From Gammaproteobacteria bacterium (lineage in GTDB: Bacteria > Pseudomonadota > Gammaproteobacteria > Eutrophobiales > Eutrophobiaceae), in NCBI GenBank assembly GCA_965238225.1, contig OZ250183.1:832001-896000 (forward strand): a stretch of DNA of 64,000 nt. Direction: 5' to 3'. The notes below the pieces were generated by a model. The model was given only the letters and a program-made list of their open reading frames with translations. It was not told where the DNA came from and made no database searches. Each line of letters starts with the position of its first letter. The stretch's first letter is position 1. Both the position numbers and the translations under genes were made by a program. Of this stretch, positions 44,031 to 54,749 are shown piece by piece.

Positions 44031-45545
44031 ATGTGTGGTATTGTGGGGATCGTTGGCAAGCAGTTTGTAAACCAACTCATTTTTGACGGATTAACAATAT
44101 TACAACATCGCGGTCAAGATGCTGCAGGGATAATGACATATCATGATCGCAGACTTTATTTACGCAAGAGCAATGGTTTGGTACGCGATGTATTTCATAC
44201 ACGACACATGCTTAATCTCAAGGGTAATATTGGTATAGGGCATGTTCGTTACCCAACGACTGGATGTTCCTCTTCTGCAGAGGCGCAACCGTTCTATGTG
44301 AATTCTCCATATGGTATATCGTTGGCACATAATGGGAATCTGACCAATGGCGAGGAGTTGAAGCGGGAGATATTTAGAGATGATCGCAGACATATTAATA
44401 CGGATTCTGATTCTGAAGTATTGCTTAATACTCTCGCGCATGAGTTACAGCGCCTCGAAAAGCTTCGTTTAGAGGTCGAAGATGTTTTTGATGCAGTTGA
44501 AAAACTGCACAAGCGCTGCCGGGGAGGCTACGCTGCTGTCGCAATGATAAGTGGTTTTGGCGTTCTTGGTTTTCGGGATCCCTATGGCATCAGACCAGTT
44601 ATTTTAGGCGCGCGTGAAACTGATGCTGGAAAGGAATATATGATTTCTTCTGAAAGTGTTGCCATCACTTCATTGGGATTTACGGTTCTTCGTGATATTA
44701 AACCTGGCGAAGCTATTTTTATTACAAAAGATGGCAAATTACATACGCGTCAATGTGCAAAGCACACACAATACTCTCCCTGTATCTTTGAATATGTTTA
44801 TTTAGCAAGACCTGATTCTGTCATCGACGGTATTTCAGTTTATAATTCACGCTTGCTTATGGGTGAAACATTGGCAGAGAAAATCCTAAAGCAAAGGCCA
44901 AATCATGATATTGATGTTGTCATACCAATCCCGGACACAGGAAGGACAGCAGCATTACCTCTGGCACAAAAGCTTAATGTGAAATACAGCGAAGGATTTG
45001 TTAAAAACCGCTATATACCGCGCACCTTCATTATGCCTATGCAGGAAATTCGTAAAAAATCTGTCAGGCAGAAATTAAATGCAATTAAATCAGAATTTGA
45101 AGGAAAAAATGTTCTATTGGTTGATGACTCAATAGTTAGAGGAACAACTTCCAGCCAGATTATAGAAATGGCAAGAAATGCAGGCGCTAATAAAGTTTAT
45201 TTCGCTTCAGCCGCACCTCCGGTTCGATATCCAAATGTATATGGAATCAATATACCGACGATGAATGAGCTAATTGCGCACAATAAAACTGAAAAAGAGA
45301 TAGCCAGTTTGATTGGTGCAGATTGGTTGGTATATCAGGATCTGGATAAATTAATTGAAACGACGCGTACAGGTAATTCTTCTATCACGCGCTTTGATTC
45401 ATCATGTTTCAATGGTGAATACGTTACTAATGATGTGAGCCAGGAGTATCTAAAGCATATTGATGACATGCGTGAAGATGGTACAAACTCAAAAATAAAA
45501 GGTGCTGATGAAGTGAATTTAATCGATATTTCAAATGATCCTTAA
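44031..45545 (+). CDS. purF: Amidophosphoribosyltransferase
   Basis: MCGIVG, LQHRGQDAAG, CIFEYVYLARPDS, VDDSIVRGTT. Confidence 0.98.
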   Translation: MCGIVGIVGKQFVNQLIFDGLTILQHRGQDAAGIMTYHDRRLYLRKSNGLVRDVFHTRHMLNLKGNIGIGHVRYPTTGCSSSAEAQPFYVNSPYGISLAHNGNLTNGEELKREIFRDDRRHINTDSDSEVLLNTLAHELQRLEKLRLEVEDVFDAVEKLHKRCRGGYAAVAMISGFGVLGFRDPYGIRPVILGARETDAGKEYMISSESVAITSLGFTVLRDIKPGEAIFITKDGKLHTRQCAKHTQYSPCIFEYVYLARPDSVIDGISVYNSRLLMGETLAEKILKQRPNHDIDVVIPIPDTGRTAALPLAQKLNVKYSEGFVKNRYIPRTFIMPMQEIRKKSVRQKLNAIKSEFEGKNVLLVDDSIVRGTTSSQIIEMARNAGANKVYFASAAPPVRYPNVYGINIPTMNELIAHNKTEKEIASLIGADWLVYQDLDKLIETTRTGNSSITRFDSSCFNGEYVTNDVSQEYLKHIDDMREDGTNSKIKGADEVNLIDISNDP

Positions 45546-45607
45546 TCATTTTTACACCTTAAGATATATATCGATTCAGCAGCAAGGTCTGCTATCAGCG
45601 CATTTTA

Positions 45608-45636
45608 TTGACATGTTCACAGAGTTTTTCTAGACT
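45608..45636 (+). promoter_or_regulatory. sigma70 promoter for metZ leader
   Basis: TTGACA, 17-bp spacer, TAGACT, directly before the riboswitch. Confidence 0.6.
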
Positions 45637-45645
45637 CACCGATAT

Positions 45646-45702
45646 AGTGCCGATTTGACTTACAAGGCTTGCGGACGCTTAAAAAATACCGTTAAAGAAG
45701 TT
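45646..45702 (+). ncRNA. SAM-II riboswitch
   Basis: AGTGCCGATTTGAC...GCTTGCGGACGCTTAAAAAATACCGTTAAAGAAG follows the SAM-II pattern GxxGATTT...TTGC...A-rich...GYTAAAG, upstream of a methionine gene. Confidence 0.7.
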
Positions 45703-45803
45703 AAACTTGCTTTAGCATCAGCTGACTGCAGGTTTTTTTACGCCTGCAAGAAAATTGTTTAAATTTTTTCGGGACATGTTGTGCTGATTATTTGGAGTTA
45801 AAG

Positions 45804-46982
45804 ATGGCTAAAATTGATCCAAAACAATATGGTTCAAATACGAATGCAGTGAGAGCAGGACAGGTACGCAGCGCTGAAAATGAGCATAGCGAAGCGATTG
45901 TGACTACTTCAAGTTTTGTTTTCAAGGATGCTGCAGAGGCAGCAGCGCGTTTTTCCGGAGATGCATCGGGAAATATCTATTCACGATTTACCAATCCAAC
46001 AGTACGCATGTTTGAGGAACGCTTGGCCGCTATGGAAGGGGCTCAGCGTTGTGTTGCAACTTCATCAGGAATGAGTGCAATCCTGAGCACCTGCATGGCA
46101 TTTTTGAAAGCTGGGGATCATATCGTTGCATCACGTAGTATTTTTGGTACGACAGTCAGTTTGTTTAATAACATATTGTCGAAATTTGGAATTTCTACAA
46201 CATTTGTTGAATTAACAGATTATAAGGCGTGGGAGACTGCAATAGGCTCTAAGACAAAAATGCTATTTCTGGAAACACCTTCAAACCCCTTGACTGAGAT
46301 TGCTGATATTTCACATTTAGCCGAAATTGCCCATGGCAATCAATGTTTGTTGGCTGTAGATAACTGTTTTTGTACACCAGTGTTACAGCAACCATTTTGT
46401 TTGGGTGCTGATATTGTCATACATTCAGCAACAAAATATCTTGACGGACAAGGTCGATGCATAGGCGGTGCTGTACTTGGCAATAATGCACTGATGGAGG
46501 AGGATGTTATTGGTTTTCTAAGAACAGCTGGTCCAACGCTCAGTCCATTTAATGCTTGGGTGTTTCTTAAAGGCTTGGAAACCCTACATCTAAGGATGCA
46601 AGCACATTGCGAGAATGCACTTTCCATAGCCAAGTGGCTAGAGCAGCAGGAAAAGGTTCAGCGAGTTTACTACCCAGGTCTGTCATCACATCCGCAACAT
46701 GAGTTGGCAAAAAGCCAACAATCTGGTTTTGGGGGTGTGCTGAGTTTTGAGGTAGAAGGCGGGCAAAAAGCGGCATGGAATGTTATCGATTCGACTGCAC
46801 TATTTTCCATTACGGCCAATCTGGGGGATGCCAAGAGCACTATTACGCATCCTGCGACTACCACGCATCATAGACTCACTGATGAGCAACGCGCCCAAGC
46901 AGGTATTCATGATGGCCTGATTAGATTATCAGTCGGATTTGAAAATGTCGGCGATCTGACCCAAGATATTGTAATAGCTTAG
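45804..46982 (+). CDS. metZ: O-succinylhomoserine sulfhydrylase
   Basis: EHSEAI, YSRFTNPT, ETPSNP, HSATKYLDGQGR, NLGDAKS, HPATTTH. Confidence 0.95.
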   Translation: MAKIDPKQYGSNTNAVRAGQVRSAENEHSEAIVTTSSFVFKDAAEAAARFSGDASGNIYSRFTNPTVRMFEERLAAMEGAQRCVATSSGMSAILSTCMAFLKAGDHIVASRSIFGTTVSLFNNILSKFGISTTFVELTDYKAWETAIGSKTKMLFLETPSNPLTEIADISHLAEIAHGNQCLLAVDNCFCTPVLQQPFCLGADIVIHSATKYLDGQGRCIGGAVLGNNALMEEDVIGFLRTAGPTLSPFNAWVFLKGLETLHLRMQAHCENALSIAKWLEQQEKVQRVYYPGLSSHPQHELAKSQQSGFGGVLSFEVEGGQKAAWNVIDSTALFSITANLGDAKSTITHPATTTHHRLTDEQRAQAGIHDGLIRLSVGFENVGDLTQDIVIA

Positions 46983-47390
46983 CACTTGACAGAAAAATAT
47001 TAGACTAATCCACATATTTTATGTGGGCATATAGACTGTCTTATCAAGCCACCTTACAGACTTAGGCAGAAGGTGTGACAAGTGGATTTATTGAACCGTT
47101 TATGGTACATCTGCTGCACAGATACTGGGAGTTGTGTGTAGTAAATTTAAGCAGGGTGCCTTAATTAATTGCGGAGTATCTATAGCGGGTATCCAGCGAA
47201 AGGAAGGCGACGCAACAGGCGCAAAACTGTATAACGTATGATTAATTGCGCAAAATATAACAATAAATTTACAAGATGTCAGCATCCTCCATGGCAGGAG
47301 GGAGCAGCACTATTAAAAATAAAAATTTAGCGATATAAGTCGCAAATCGTAGTCCCTTAACTTTAAACTATACAATTGAAGGAGTGCTTT

Positions 47391-48566
47391 ATGTCTGGTC
47401 GTAATTTTTTATTTATCCCTGGACCAACCAATGTACCGCGCCGTATTCAAAACGCCATAAATGTGGAGCAAGAAGATATGCGCGCTCTGGATCTGCCAGA
47501 GTTTACTAAACCTTTATACACTGACATGAAGAAGATATTCAAGACTGAAAATGGTCGGGTTTTCATCTTCCCCTCATCAGGAACTGGTGCATGGGAATCT
47601 GCTATCACCAACACTTTAAAGCCAGGCGATAAGGTGCTGGCTGCTCGTTTTGGTCAATTCAGCCATTTATTCATCGACTGTGCTCAGCGTCTAGGTATGG
47701 ATGTCGTTGAAGTTGATTGTGAATGGAGTGTTGGAACACCTGCTGATAAATTTTCTGAAATCCTTGCTAAAGACAAGAACCATGAGATCAAAGCGGTTTT
47801 TGCAACGCATAATGAAACAGCGACAGGTGTGATGTCTGATATTAAGGCCGTCCGTGCCGCCATTGACTCCTGCAATCACCCAGCTTTATATTTTGTTGAT
47901 ACTGTCAGTGGTTTAGCTTCTTTAGATTTTCGTATGGATGAATGGAAAGTTGATTTAGCTATTGCGGGCTCCCAAAAAGGTCTGATGTTACCTGCTGGTT
48001 TAGGAATTTTATGTGCGAGTGAGAAAGCACTGGAAGCTAATAAATCAGCCAGTTGCCCACGTTGCTTTTTCGCGTGGGAAGATCAAATAACAACCAATGA
48101 TCTTGGGTATTTTCCATACACGCCATCAATGAACCTGCTGCGGGGGCTACGTGAGTCCATGAATATGCTGTTCGCTGAAGGTTTGGATAATGTTTTTGCT
48201 CGCCATACCCGTTTTGCCACAGCAACACGCAAGGCTGTTGAAGCTTGGGGTTTAAGGACAATCGCACAAGATGGTTGGCAGTCTGACACAGTGACAGCAG
48301 TCAAAACGCCTGAAGGGTTTGATGGCAACGAAGTGGCTCGTAATGCTTATCGTAAATTCAATCTGGCTCTGTCAATTACGATTGGTAAGATTATGGGGCA
48401 TGGATTTCGCATTAGCCACATGGGCGATATGAACGAATTAATGTTAATAGTTCCATTAAGTGGCGCAGAAATGTCTATGCGAGACCTTGGTCTGGATATT
48501 GAGTTAGGCAGCGGTGTTGCCGCTGCTCAAAACTATCTTTTGTCTACAGCTAAAGATCGAATCTAA
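47391..48566 (+). CDS. sgaA: Serine--glyoxylate aminotransferase (class V PLP)
   Basis: GRNFLFIPGPTNVP, SSGTGAWES, HNETATGV, GSQKGLMLPAG, FPYTP. AAGGAG RBS. Confidence 0.9.
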   Translation: MSGRNFLFIPGPTNVPRRIQNAINVEQEDMRALDLPEFTKPLYTDMKKIFKTENGRVFIFPSSGTGAWESAITNTLKPGDKVLAARFGQFSHLFIDCAQRLGMDVVEVDCEWSVGTPADKFSEILAKDKNHEIKAVFATHNETATGVMSDIKAVRAAIDSCNHPALYFVDTVSGLASLDFRMDEWKVDLAIAGSQKGLMLPAGLGILCASEKALEANKSASCPRCFFAWEDQITTNDLGYFPYTPSMNLLRGLRESMNMLFAEGLDNVFARHTRFATATRKAVEAWGLRTIAQDGWQSDTVTAVKTPEGFDGNEVARNAYRKFNLALSITIGKIMGHGFRISHMGDMNELMLIVPLSGAEMSMRDLGLDIELGSGVAAAQNYLLSTAKDRI

Positions 48567-48640
48567 TCCGATTCGATTTATATTAACTTCCCATGCGCCT
48601 AAATGGATAGCCGAATAATTAAAAATTAGGAGGTTGAAAT

Positions 48641-49591
48641 ATGAGTTTTACACAATTTGAACAAGCACATCCGCGTCTACAAAGAAGCACGCTTGCAGTG
48701 CCCGGTTCTAGTCCTGATATGTTTGAAACAGCAAACGCAAGCGATGCCGATTGCGTTTTCCTTGATTGTGAAGATTCTGTATTGCCTGACGATAAAGAAA
48801 AAGCCCGTAAGAATATTATTGCAGGATTGCGTGATATTAATTGGGGCAATAAAACAATATTAGTTCGTATTAACGGCTTGGATACTCATTACATGTATCG
48901 TGATGTAATCGATATTTGCGAACAAGCAGGCACGTGCTTTGATGGAATTTTGATCCCAAAAGTGGGTGCAGCGGCAGATGTTTATGCCGTTGATATGCTG
49001 GTAACACAAATTGAAGATGCGATGGGCATTAAAGAAAAATTAAGCATTGAATGCCTGATTGAAACAGCATTGGGCGGTGTAAATGTTATGGGTATCGCAC
49101 AAGCCAGCTCGCGTCTTGAAGCGCTCCACTTTGGTGTCGCCGATTATTCAGCCAGCATGCGCTCACGTACCACCGTTATCGGTGGTTTGAATCCCAGCTA
49201 TGTTTGTGACGGCAATCCAGCTGACCAGTGGCATGCTGCACAGGTGAATATGTTAACTGCATGTCGTGCTTACGGTTTGCGTGCCATTGACGGACCATTT
49301 GGTGATTTCGGTGACCCAGAAGCATTCAAGGAGGCTGCAAAACGTGTTGCTGTATTGGGCTATGAAGGTAAATGGGCGATTCATCCCTCACAAATCGAAC
49401 TGGCCAATGAAGCAATGTCACCCCCTGAAGCTGAAGTAGCGCGTGCAAGACGTATTCTTAACGCGTTGGAAGAAGCAGCAAAAATTGGTAAGGGTGCTGC
49501 TCAGGTGGATGGTAAGATGATCGATATCGCATCTGAAAAGATGGCGCGCAATCTGATTGCGCAAGCAGATCAACTCTTAGAAAAAGAATAA
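48641..49591 (+). CDS. mcl: Malyl-CoA/beta-methylmalyl-CoA lyase
   Basis: RLQRSTLAVPGS, RINGLDTHYMYRDV, LHFGVADY, IDGPFGDF, GKWAIHPSQ. Confidence 0.92.
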   Translation: MSFTQFEQAHPRLQRSTLAVPGSSPDMFETANASDADCVFLDCEDSVLPDDKEKARKNIIAGLRDINWGNKTILVRINGLDTHYMYRDVIDICEQAGTCFDGILIPKVGAAADVYAVDMLVTQIEDAMGIKEKLSIECLIETALGGVNVMGIAQASSRLEALHFGVADYSASMRSRTTVIGGLNPSYVCDGNPADQWHAAQVNMLTACRAYGLRAIDGPFGDFGDPEAFKEAAKRVAVLGYEGKWAIHPSQIELANEAMSPPEAEVARARRILNALEEAAKIGKGAAQVDGKMIDIASEKMARNLIAQADQLLEKE

Positions 49592-49676
49592 AAAAGCGAC
49601 GAGTCTAAGTGTGAAGGGCGGTTAAGTCTGCAATATCATTTTGTAAGTGTAATTTCATTAGGAACATATGATTAAA

Positions 49677-50858
49677 ATGGACATCCATGAATATCAAGCA
49701 AAAGAGATTTTATCAGGGTATGGCGTACCTATAGGTGCTGGTGGTTTGGCGTACAGTCCTGAACAGGCATCCTATAAATGTTCTGAAATTGGAGGCAAGG
49801 CATGGGTTGTCAAGGCACAAATTCATTCAGGAGCGCGTGGCAAGGCGGGCGGGATTGTAGTTTGCAAGACAGAAGATGAAGTATGGGTTGCTGCAAATGA
49901 ATTGCTGGGTAAAAAATTTATTACGCACCAGACTGGCTCACAAGGCAAGGTTTGCTCCCGCCTTTATATTGAAGAGGGCTGTAATATTGATCGTGAAATT
50001 TATTTGGCGTTTGTGCTTGATAGAGCCGCAGAGCGTGTCACTGTTGTGGCTTCAGCAGAAGGCGGCATGGAGATAGAACAATTGACTGCTGAAAAACCGG
50101 AATCTATCGTTAAGATTTCTGTTGAGCCTGCTGTCGGTATGCAGGCATTTCAGGCACGCGAACTCGCCTTTGCCATGGGTTTTGGCAAGTCTCAACTCAA
50201 TCAAGCTGTTACGACATTTCTTGGTTGTTACTGTGCAATGCGCGATCTAGATGCCAATATGGTTGAAATCAATCCACTGGTTGTTACCAAAGAAGACAAG
50301 ATTGTAGCCGTTGATGCGAAGATAAGCTTTGATGACAATGCACTTTTTCGTCATCCGACTATTTCAGAGCTTCGCGATAAATCACAGGAAGATGTACGTG
50401 AAATGCGCGCTTCAGATCGTGGCTTGAATTATGTAGGGTTAGATGGAAATATCGGTTGCATTATAAACGGTGCCGGCCTCGCTATGGCCTCCATGGATAT
50501 GATCATGCATGCAGGCGGTAAGCCAGCTAATTTCATGGATATAGGCGGTGGCGCTTCGGCTGAACGCGTAGCCAAGGCATTTAATTTGGTTCTTTCTGAC
50601 GATAATGTCGAGTGTATTCTGGTGAATATTTTTGCAGGTATAAACCGCTGTGACTGGATAGCTAATGGTGTTGTTCAGGCGGTTAAAGAGATTGACCTGA
50701 AAATTCCTCTGGTGGTTCGATTATCAGGCACCAATGTAAAGGCAGGACAAAAGATTATTAAAGAGAGTAATTTACCCATTATTTCTGCAAATACCTTACA
50801 GGAGGCGGCAGATAAAGCTGTCGCTGCTTGGAAAGAAGCGACCGGTAAATTAGGATAA
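49677..50858 (+). CDS. mtkA: Malate--CoA ligase (malate thiokinase) beta subunit
   Basis: MDIHEYQAK, AYSPEQA, KAQIHSGARGKAGG, NIFAGINRCDW (Mtk-type rather than SucC GGIVRCD). Adjacent to mcl. Confidence 0.88.
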   Translation: MDIHEYQAKEILSGYGVPIGAGGLAYSPEQASYKCSEIGGKAWVVKAQIHSGARGKAGGIVVCKTEDEVWVAANELLGKKFITHQTGSQGKVCSRLYIEEGCNIDREIYLAFVLDRAAERVTVVASAEGGMEIEQLTAEKPESIVKISVEPAVGMQAFQARELAFAMGFGKSQLNQAVTTFLGCYCAMRDLDANMVEINPLVVTKEDKIVAVDAKISFDDNALFRHPTISELRDKSQEDVREMRASDRGLNYVGLDGNIGCIINGAGLAMASMDMIMHAGGKPANFMDIGGGASAERVAKAFNLVLSDDNVECILVNIFAGINRCDWIANGVVQAVKEIDLKIPLVVRLSGTNVKAGQKIIKESNLPIISANTLQEAADKAVAAWKEATGKLG

Positions 50859-50865
50859 GTTTGAA

Positions 50866-51756
50866 ATGGCAATCTTATTAGACGAAAATTCAAAGGTCAT
50901 TATTCAGGGATTTACCGGTCAAATTGGTACTTTTCATGCAACTGAAATGATCGAATACGGCACCAATATTGTTGGCGGTGTCACTCCAGGCAAAGGTGGA
51001 ACTGAACATCTTGGTCGCCCTGTTTTTAATACTGTGAAAGAAGCAGCAGGAGCAACTGGCGCAAATGCCAGCATTATTTTTGTACCACCACCATTTGCTG
51101 CAGACAGCATCATGGAAGCAGCGGATGGTGGAATTAGATTCTGTGTAGCAATCACCGATGGTATCCCTGCTCAAGATATGATTCGTGTAAAACGGTATAT
51201 GCGTCGCTATAAAATAGATGGCAAGATGGTATTGACTGGCCCTAACTGTGCTGGCTCAATCAGCCCTGGAAAATGCATGATGGGTATTATGCCTGGCCAT
51301 ATCTATATTCCCGGCCCTGTTGGAGTTGTGGGTCGTTCAGGCACGCTGGGTTATGAAGCTGCTGACCAAATGAAGGCAGTTGGTATCGGCATCTCAAGCA
51401 GCATAGGCATTGGCGGTGACCCGATTAATGGCAGCGCCTTTGTTGACCATTTACAGTATTTTGAAGAAGATACAGAGACTAAGGCGGTCATCATGATTGG
51501 CGAAATTGGCGGGCCACAGGAAGTCGCTGCAGCTATGTGGGCAAAAGATAATATGTCTAAGCCTGTGATTGGTTATATCGCAGGATTAACTGCGCCCAAG
51601 GGTACGCGTATGGGTCATGCAGGCGCCATTATCTCTGCAGTAGGTGATAGTGCGGCTGAGAAAGTTGAAATTCTGCAAGAGTGTGGCGTACGTGTCGTAC
51701 CAAATCCAGCCTCGTTTGCCTCTGTTGTAAAAGAGGTGATGGGCAAAGTAGGTTAG
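50866..51756 (+). CDS. mtkB: Malate--CoA ligase alpha subunit
   Basis: SucD-like GVTPGKGG and MGHAGAI, with ITDGIPAQDM and IGGPQE. Follows mtkA. Confidence 0.85.
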   Translation: MAILLDENSKVIIQGFTGQIGTFHATEMIEYGTNIVGGVTPGKGGTEHLGRPVFNTVKEAAGATGANASIIFVPPPFAADSIMEAADGGIRFCVAITDGIPAQDMIRVKRYMRRYKIDGKMVLTGPNCAGSISPGKCMMGIMPGHIYIPGPVGVVGRSGTLGYEAADQMKAVGIGISSSIGIGGDPINGSAFVDHLQYFEEDTETKAVIMIGEIGGPQEVAAAMWAKDNMSKPVIGYIAGLTAPKGTRMGHAGAIISAVGDSAAEKVEILQECGVRVVPNPASFASVVKEVMGKVG

Positions 51757-51779
51757 ATTTTAGCAGTCAATATAAATTA

Positions 51780-51818
51780 AAGGGTGCTTCATTTGTGATG
51801 CGGCACCCTTTATATTTT
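51780..51818 (+). terminator. Putative terminator hairpin after mtkB
   Basis: AAGGGTGC...GCACCCTT followed by a T-rich tail. Confidence 0.5.
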
Positions 51819-51853
51819 ACGCAATTGAATAAATAAAATCAGGAGTTATCAAA

Positions 51854-52828
51854 GTGAGCACGCCAAAAATACTTCTAACTCGTCGATGGCCAGAAGAAAC
51901 AGAAGCGAAAGCAAAAGAATTATTTGATGTAACCTTGAATAAAACTGACCAGAAGATGTCTGTAAAAGAGCTTCAAGAAGCCATGAAAAATTATGACGCA
52001 GTTTGTCCGACGGTGTCTGATTTTCCAATCAACTCTGAGATCCTTGATATAGAGGGGCGCAGGTGCAAGATCTTGTGCAACTTTGGCGTTGGGTTTGATA
52101 ATATCGATACGTATACCGCTAAAGCAGCGGGTATTTTGGTAACAAATACACCTGATGTTTTGACAGATTGTACTGCCGATATCGCCATGACACTGTTATT
52201 AATGGTGGCACGTCGTGCAGCTGAGGGTGAGCGTTTGGTTCGTAATCAGGAATGGGATGGTTGGTGTCCAACGCACATGCTCTCCAGCAAGGTAACAGGC
52301 AAAAAACTTGGTCTCATAGGCTTTGGACGTATCGCCCAAGCCGTTGCTCAAAGAGCTTATTTTGGTTTTGGTATGAAGGTTAATTTCTACGATCCTTGCC
52401 TACCAGCAGAGGGTATTGTGAAAAAATTTAACGCAAGTAAATTAGAATCTATTGAAGAGGTATTGAAGAATTCTGATTTTGTCTCTTTGCATTGTCCTGG
52501 TGGTGGTGACAACATCAATCTGATGAATGCAGAACGCTTTGCAATGATGAAAAATTCAGCATTCTTGGTTAATACGGCACGTGGTGACGTGGTTGATGAG
52601 CCGGCCTTAATTAATGCATTAAGAGATAGTATTATTGCTGGCGCTGGATTGGATGTTTTTGCTAAAGAACCAAAAGTAACAGAAGCGCTTTTAAGTATAG
52701 ATAATGTAGTGATGTTCCCGCATCTTGGCAGCGCCACAACTGAAACGCGTGTTGCCATGGGACTGTGCTCATTGAAAAATGTCAAAGCATACTTTGACGG
52801 AGAAGAACCACCAAACAGAGTGGTGTAA
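51854..52828 (+). CDS. D-2-hydroxyacid dehydrogenase (glyoxylate/hydroxypyruvate reductase type)
   Basis: NTPDVLT, GLIGFGRIA, NTARG, GLDVF..EP, PHLGSAT. AGGAG RBS. Confidence 0.88.
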   Translation: MSTPKILLTRRWPEETEAKAKELFDVTLNKTDQKMSVKELQEAMKNYDAVCPTVSDFPINSEILDIEGRRCKILCNFGVGFDNIDTYTAKAAGILVTNTPDVLTDCTADIAMTLLLMVARRAAEGERLVRNQEWDGWCPTHMLSSKVTGKKLGLIGFGRIAQAVAQRAYFGFGMKVNFYDPCLPAEGIVKKFNASKLESIEEVLKNSDFVSLHCPGGGDNINLMNAERFAMMKNSAFLVNTARGDVVDEPALINALRDSIIAGAGLDVFAKEPKVTEALLSIDNVVMFPHLGSATTETRVAMGLCSLKNVKAYFDGEEPPNRVV

Positions 52829-53033
52829 GTTATATATACAATAAGACACAGCTTAAGTAAAATAAAGGATGAAACGCAAATAAATTAAAGATTACGGATA
52901 TTGCTCTTCGCTTTTCATCTCTTATCGTATCGCTATCGCGCCATACAACAAATATTTTTTAATAAATATTTTTATGCCTCCAGATTTTGATGCTGCCAGA
53001 GGAGTTAAATAACAATGACTAAAGGAAATTTCT

Positions 53034-54576
53034 GTGTCAACAGATGTTAAAGAGGCTATAGATACGAAATTTAATTTAGACGAGTACTCGGTCACGTACG
53101 CAAAACAGATGGTAGAATTGATGACGGAGCAACTTGAGGCTGTTATCAAAATACGTCAACCAAAAATACTTGCCTTATTCATGGGCAAATCTGAAATTCC
53201 AGAAGATAACAAAATGTTAATACTCGGCGCACTGCAGGCGTGGAGTATCTGGTTTTAGTTATTAAATATCATAGAGGAAAATGCCGCTATGCGTCGCCTG
53301 CGTTTTATCGAAAAGAAACGTGGGTTGGGAAAGGTCTTGGGGACTTTTGGTAATGTCTTCGAGCATTCTATGAAAGATGGCGTTTCTGCAGATGAGATTC
53401 AGAAATTAATTAATAATGCCCGCATAAGACTAACCATCACAGCACATCCCACAGAGGCAAAGCGTGTCACTATCCTTGAGACACACAGGAGAATTTATAT
53501 TTTACTTAAGGAATTTGAGAATCAACGCTGGACTGAGCGTGAACGGGAAGGGTTTATTTTTGATTTGAGAAATGAAATTGATTTGCTGTGGCTGACAGGT
53601 GAGTTAAGACTAGAAAAACCCACAGTCATGATGGAAGTGAATTGGGGATTGCACTTTTTTGAAGAAACTCTATTCCAGAGTGTGCCTGATATGATTGAAA
53701 AAATGGAATGAGCCTTAAAAGAATATTATCTAAAATATAAAATTTAGTATCCCTGTTGTCTCTAGTAAATTTGCCAATAAAGGAACAGCGCAGCACAACA
53801 TGGAATTACTTGCATCAGGCGTATTTGTGCACACTTTAAAATTACAATCGGAAGTTGAGTTGGCTCCGAATGATGAGATTGATGTTGCCATTGAAGAATT
53901 ATCCAATTTTTCCTTTGATGCCTATAGAAGATTAATAGAAACAGAAGACTTGATTGATTACTATAATGCGGCAAGCCCAGTTAAAGAACTGGCTAAGATG
54001 AATATTGGTTCACGTCCAGCGCGGAGATTTGGTGTCAATTCTTTAAATGATCTACGCGCCATTCCTTGGGTTTTTGCATGGACTCAAAATAGACATCTTG
54101 TGACTAATTGGTATGGCATCGGCAGTGGGCTGAAAAAATTTACAGAAATACATGGCGAAGCAGCAGATGCCTTACTTGAAAAGATTTTTAATCAATCAAG
54201 AATTTCTCGTTTAATCATGGATGGTGTCAAAAAAAATTTATCGCAAGTAGATGTATCTATTGCAAGATCATACGCTTCTTTGGTTTTGGATGAATTATTG
54301 AGAGAAAAAATATTTAGTATGTTCATGGATGAATATAAACTTACAAAAAAATACGTATTGAAGATTGCGGGAGAAAAAGAATTGTTAGACAGATTTCCTA
54401 TATTCAAACGTCAATTTAGAAGACGCGAGGAAATATTAAACAAGGTGGGTTTATTACAAATTAAATTAATTAAGAGATTTCGTAGTCGTACAGGCGATAA
54501 AGATCAATTAGATAATTTAGTGTCGCTACTTCTTTCTATAAATTGCATTAGTTCTGGTATAGGTTACACTGGATAA
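53034..54576 (+). pseudogene. ppc: Phosphoenolpyruvate carboxylase with nonsense codons and a large internal deletion
   Basis: TAHPTEAKR in 53289-53711 and NIGSRPARR / LRAIPWVFAWTQ / IGYTG in 53800-54576. In-frame TAG at 53256 and TGA at 53709. About 1.5 kb versus about 2.7 kb for a full Ppc. Confidence 0.9.
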
Positions 54577-54749
54577 GAGAATGACGGATATAATAAACAA
54601 AGTTTGAGATTACCTTACTTAATTAAGGTATCAAACATATTAAAACAATAATGGTAATAGATGGATTAGATACCTGATTTATAGAAAATAAAGAACTTTT
54701 TACGGTAAATTTATGATGTTATAACCGTCAATATTGTTTTTTTTGGAGT

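Noticed and set aside
46983-47390. Glycine or ZTP riboswitch upstream of sga
   Set aside because: Neither the GGAGA...CCGAAG...CTCAGG nor the GACTGGCG...GCCTGGG core could be found.
49677-51756. Succinyl-CoA synthetase sucCD
   Set aside because: Motifs and adjacency to mcl and sga fit malate thiokinase better.
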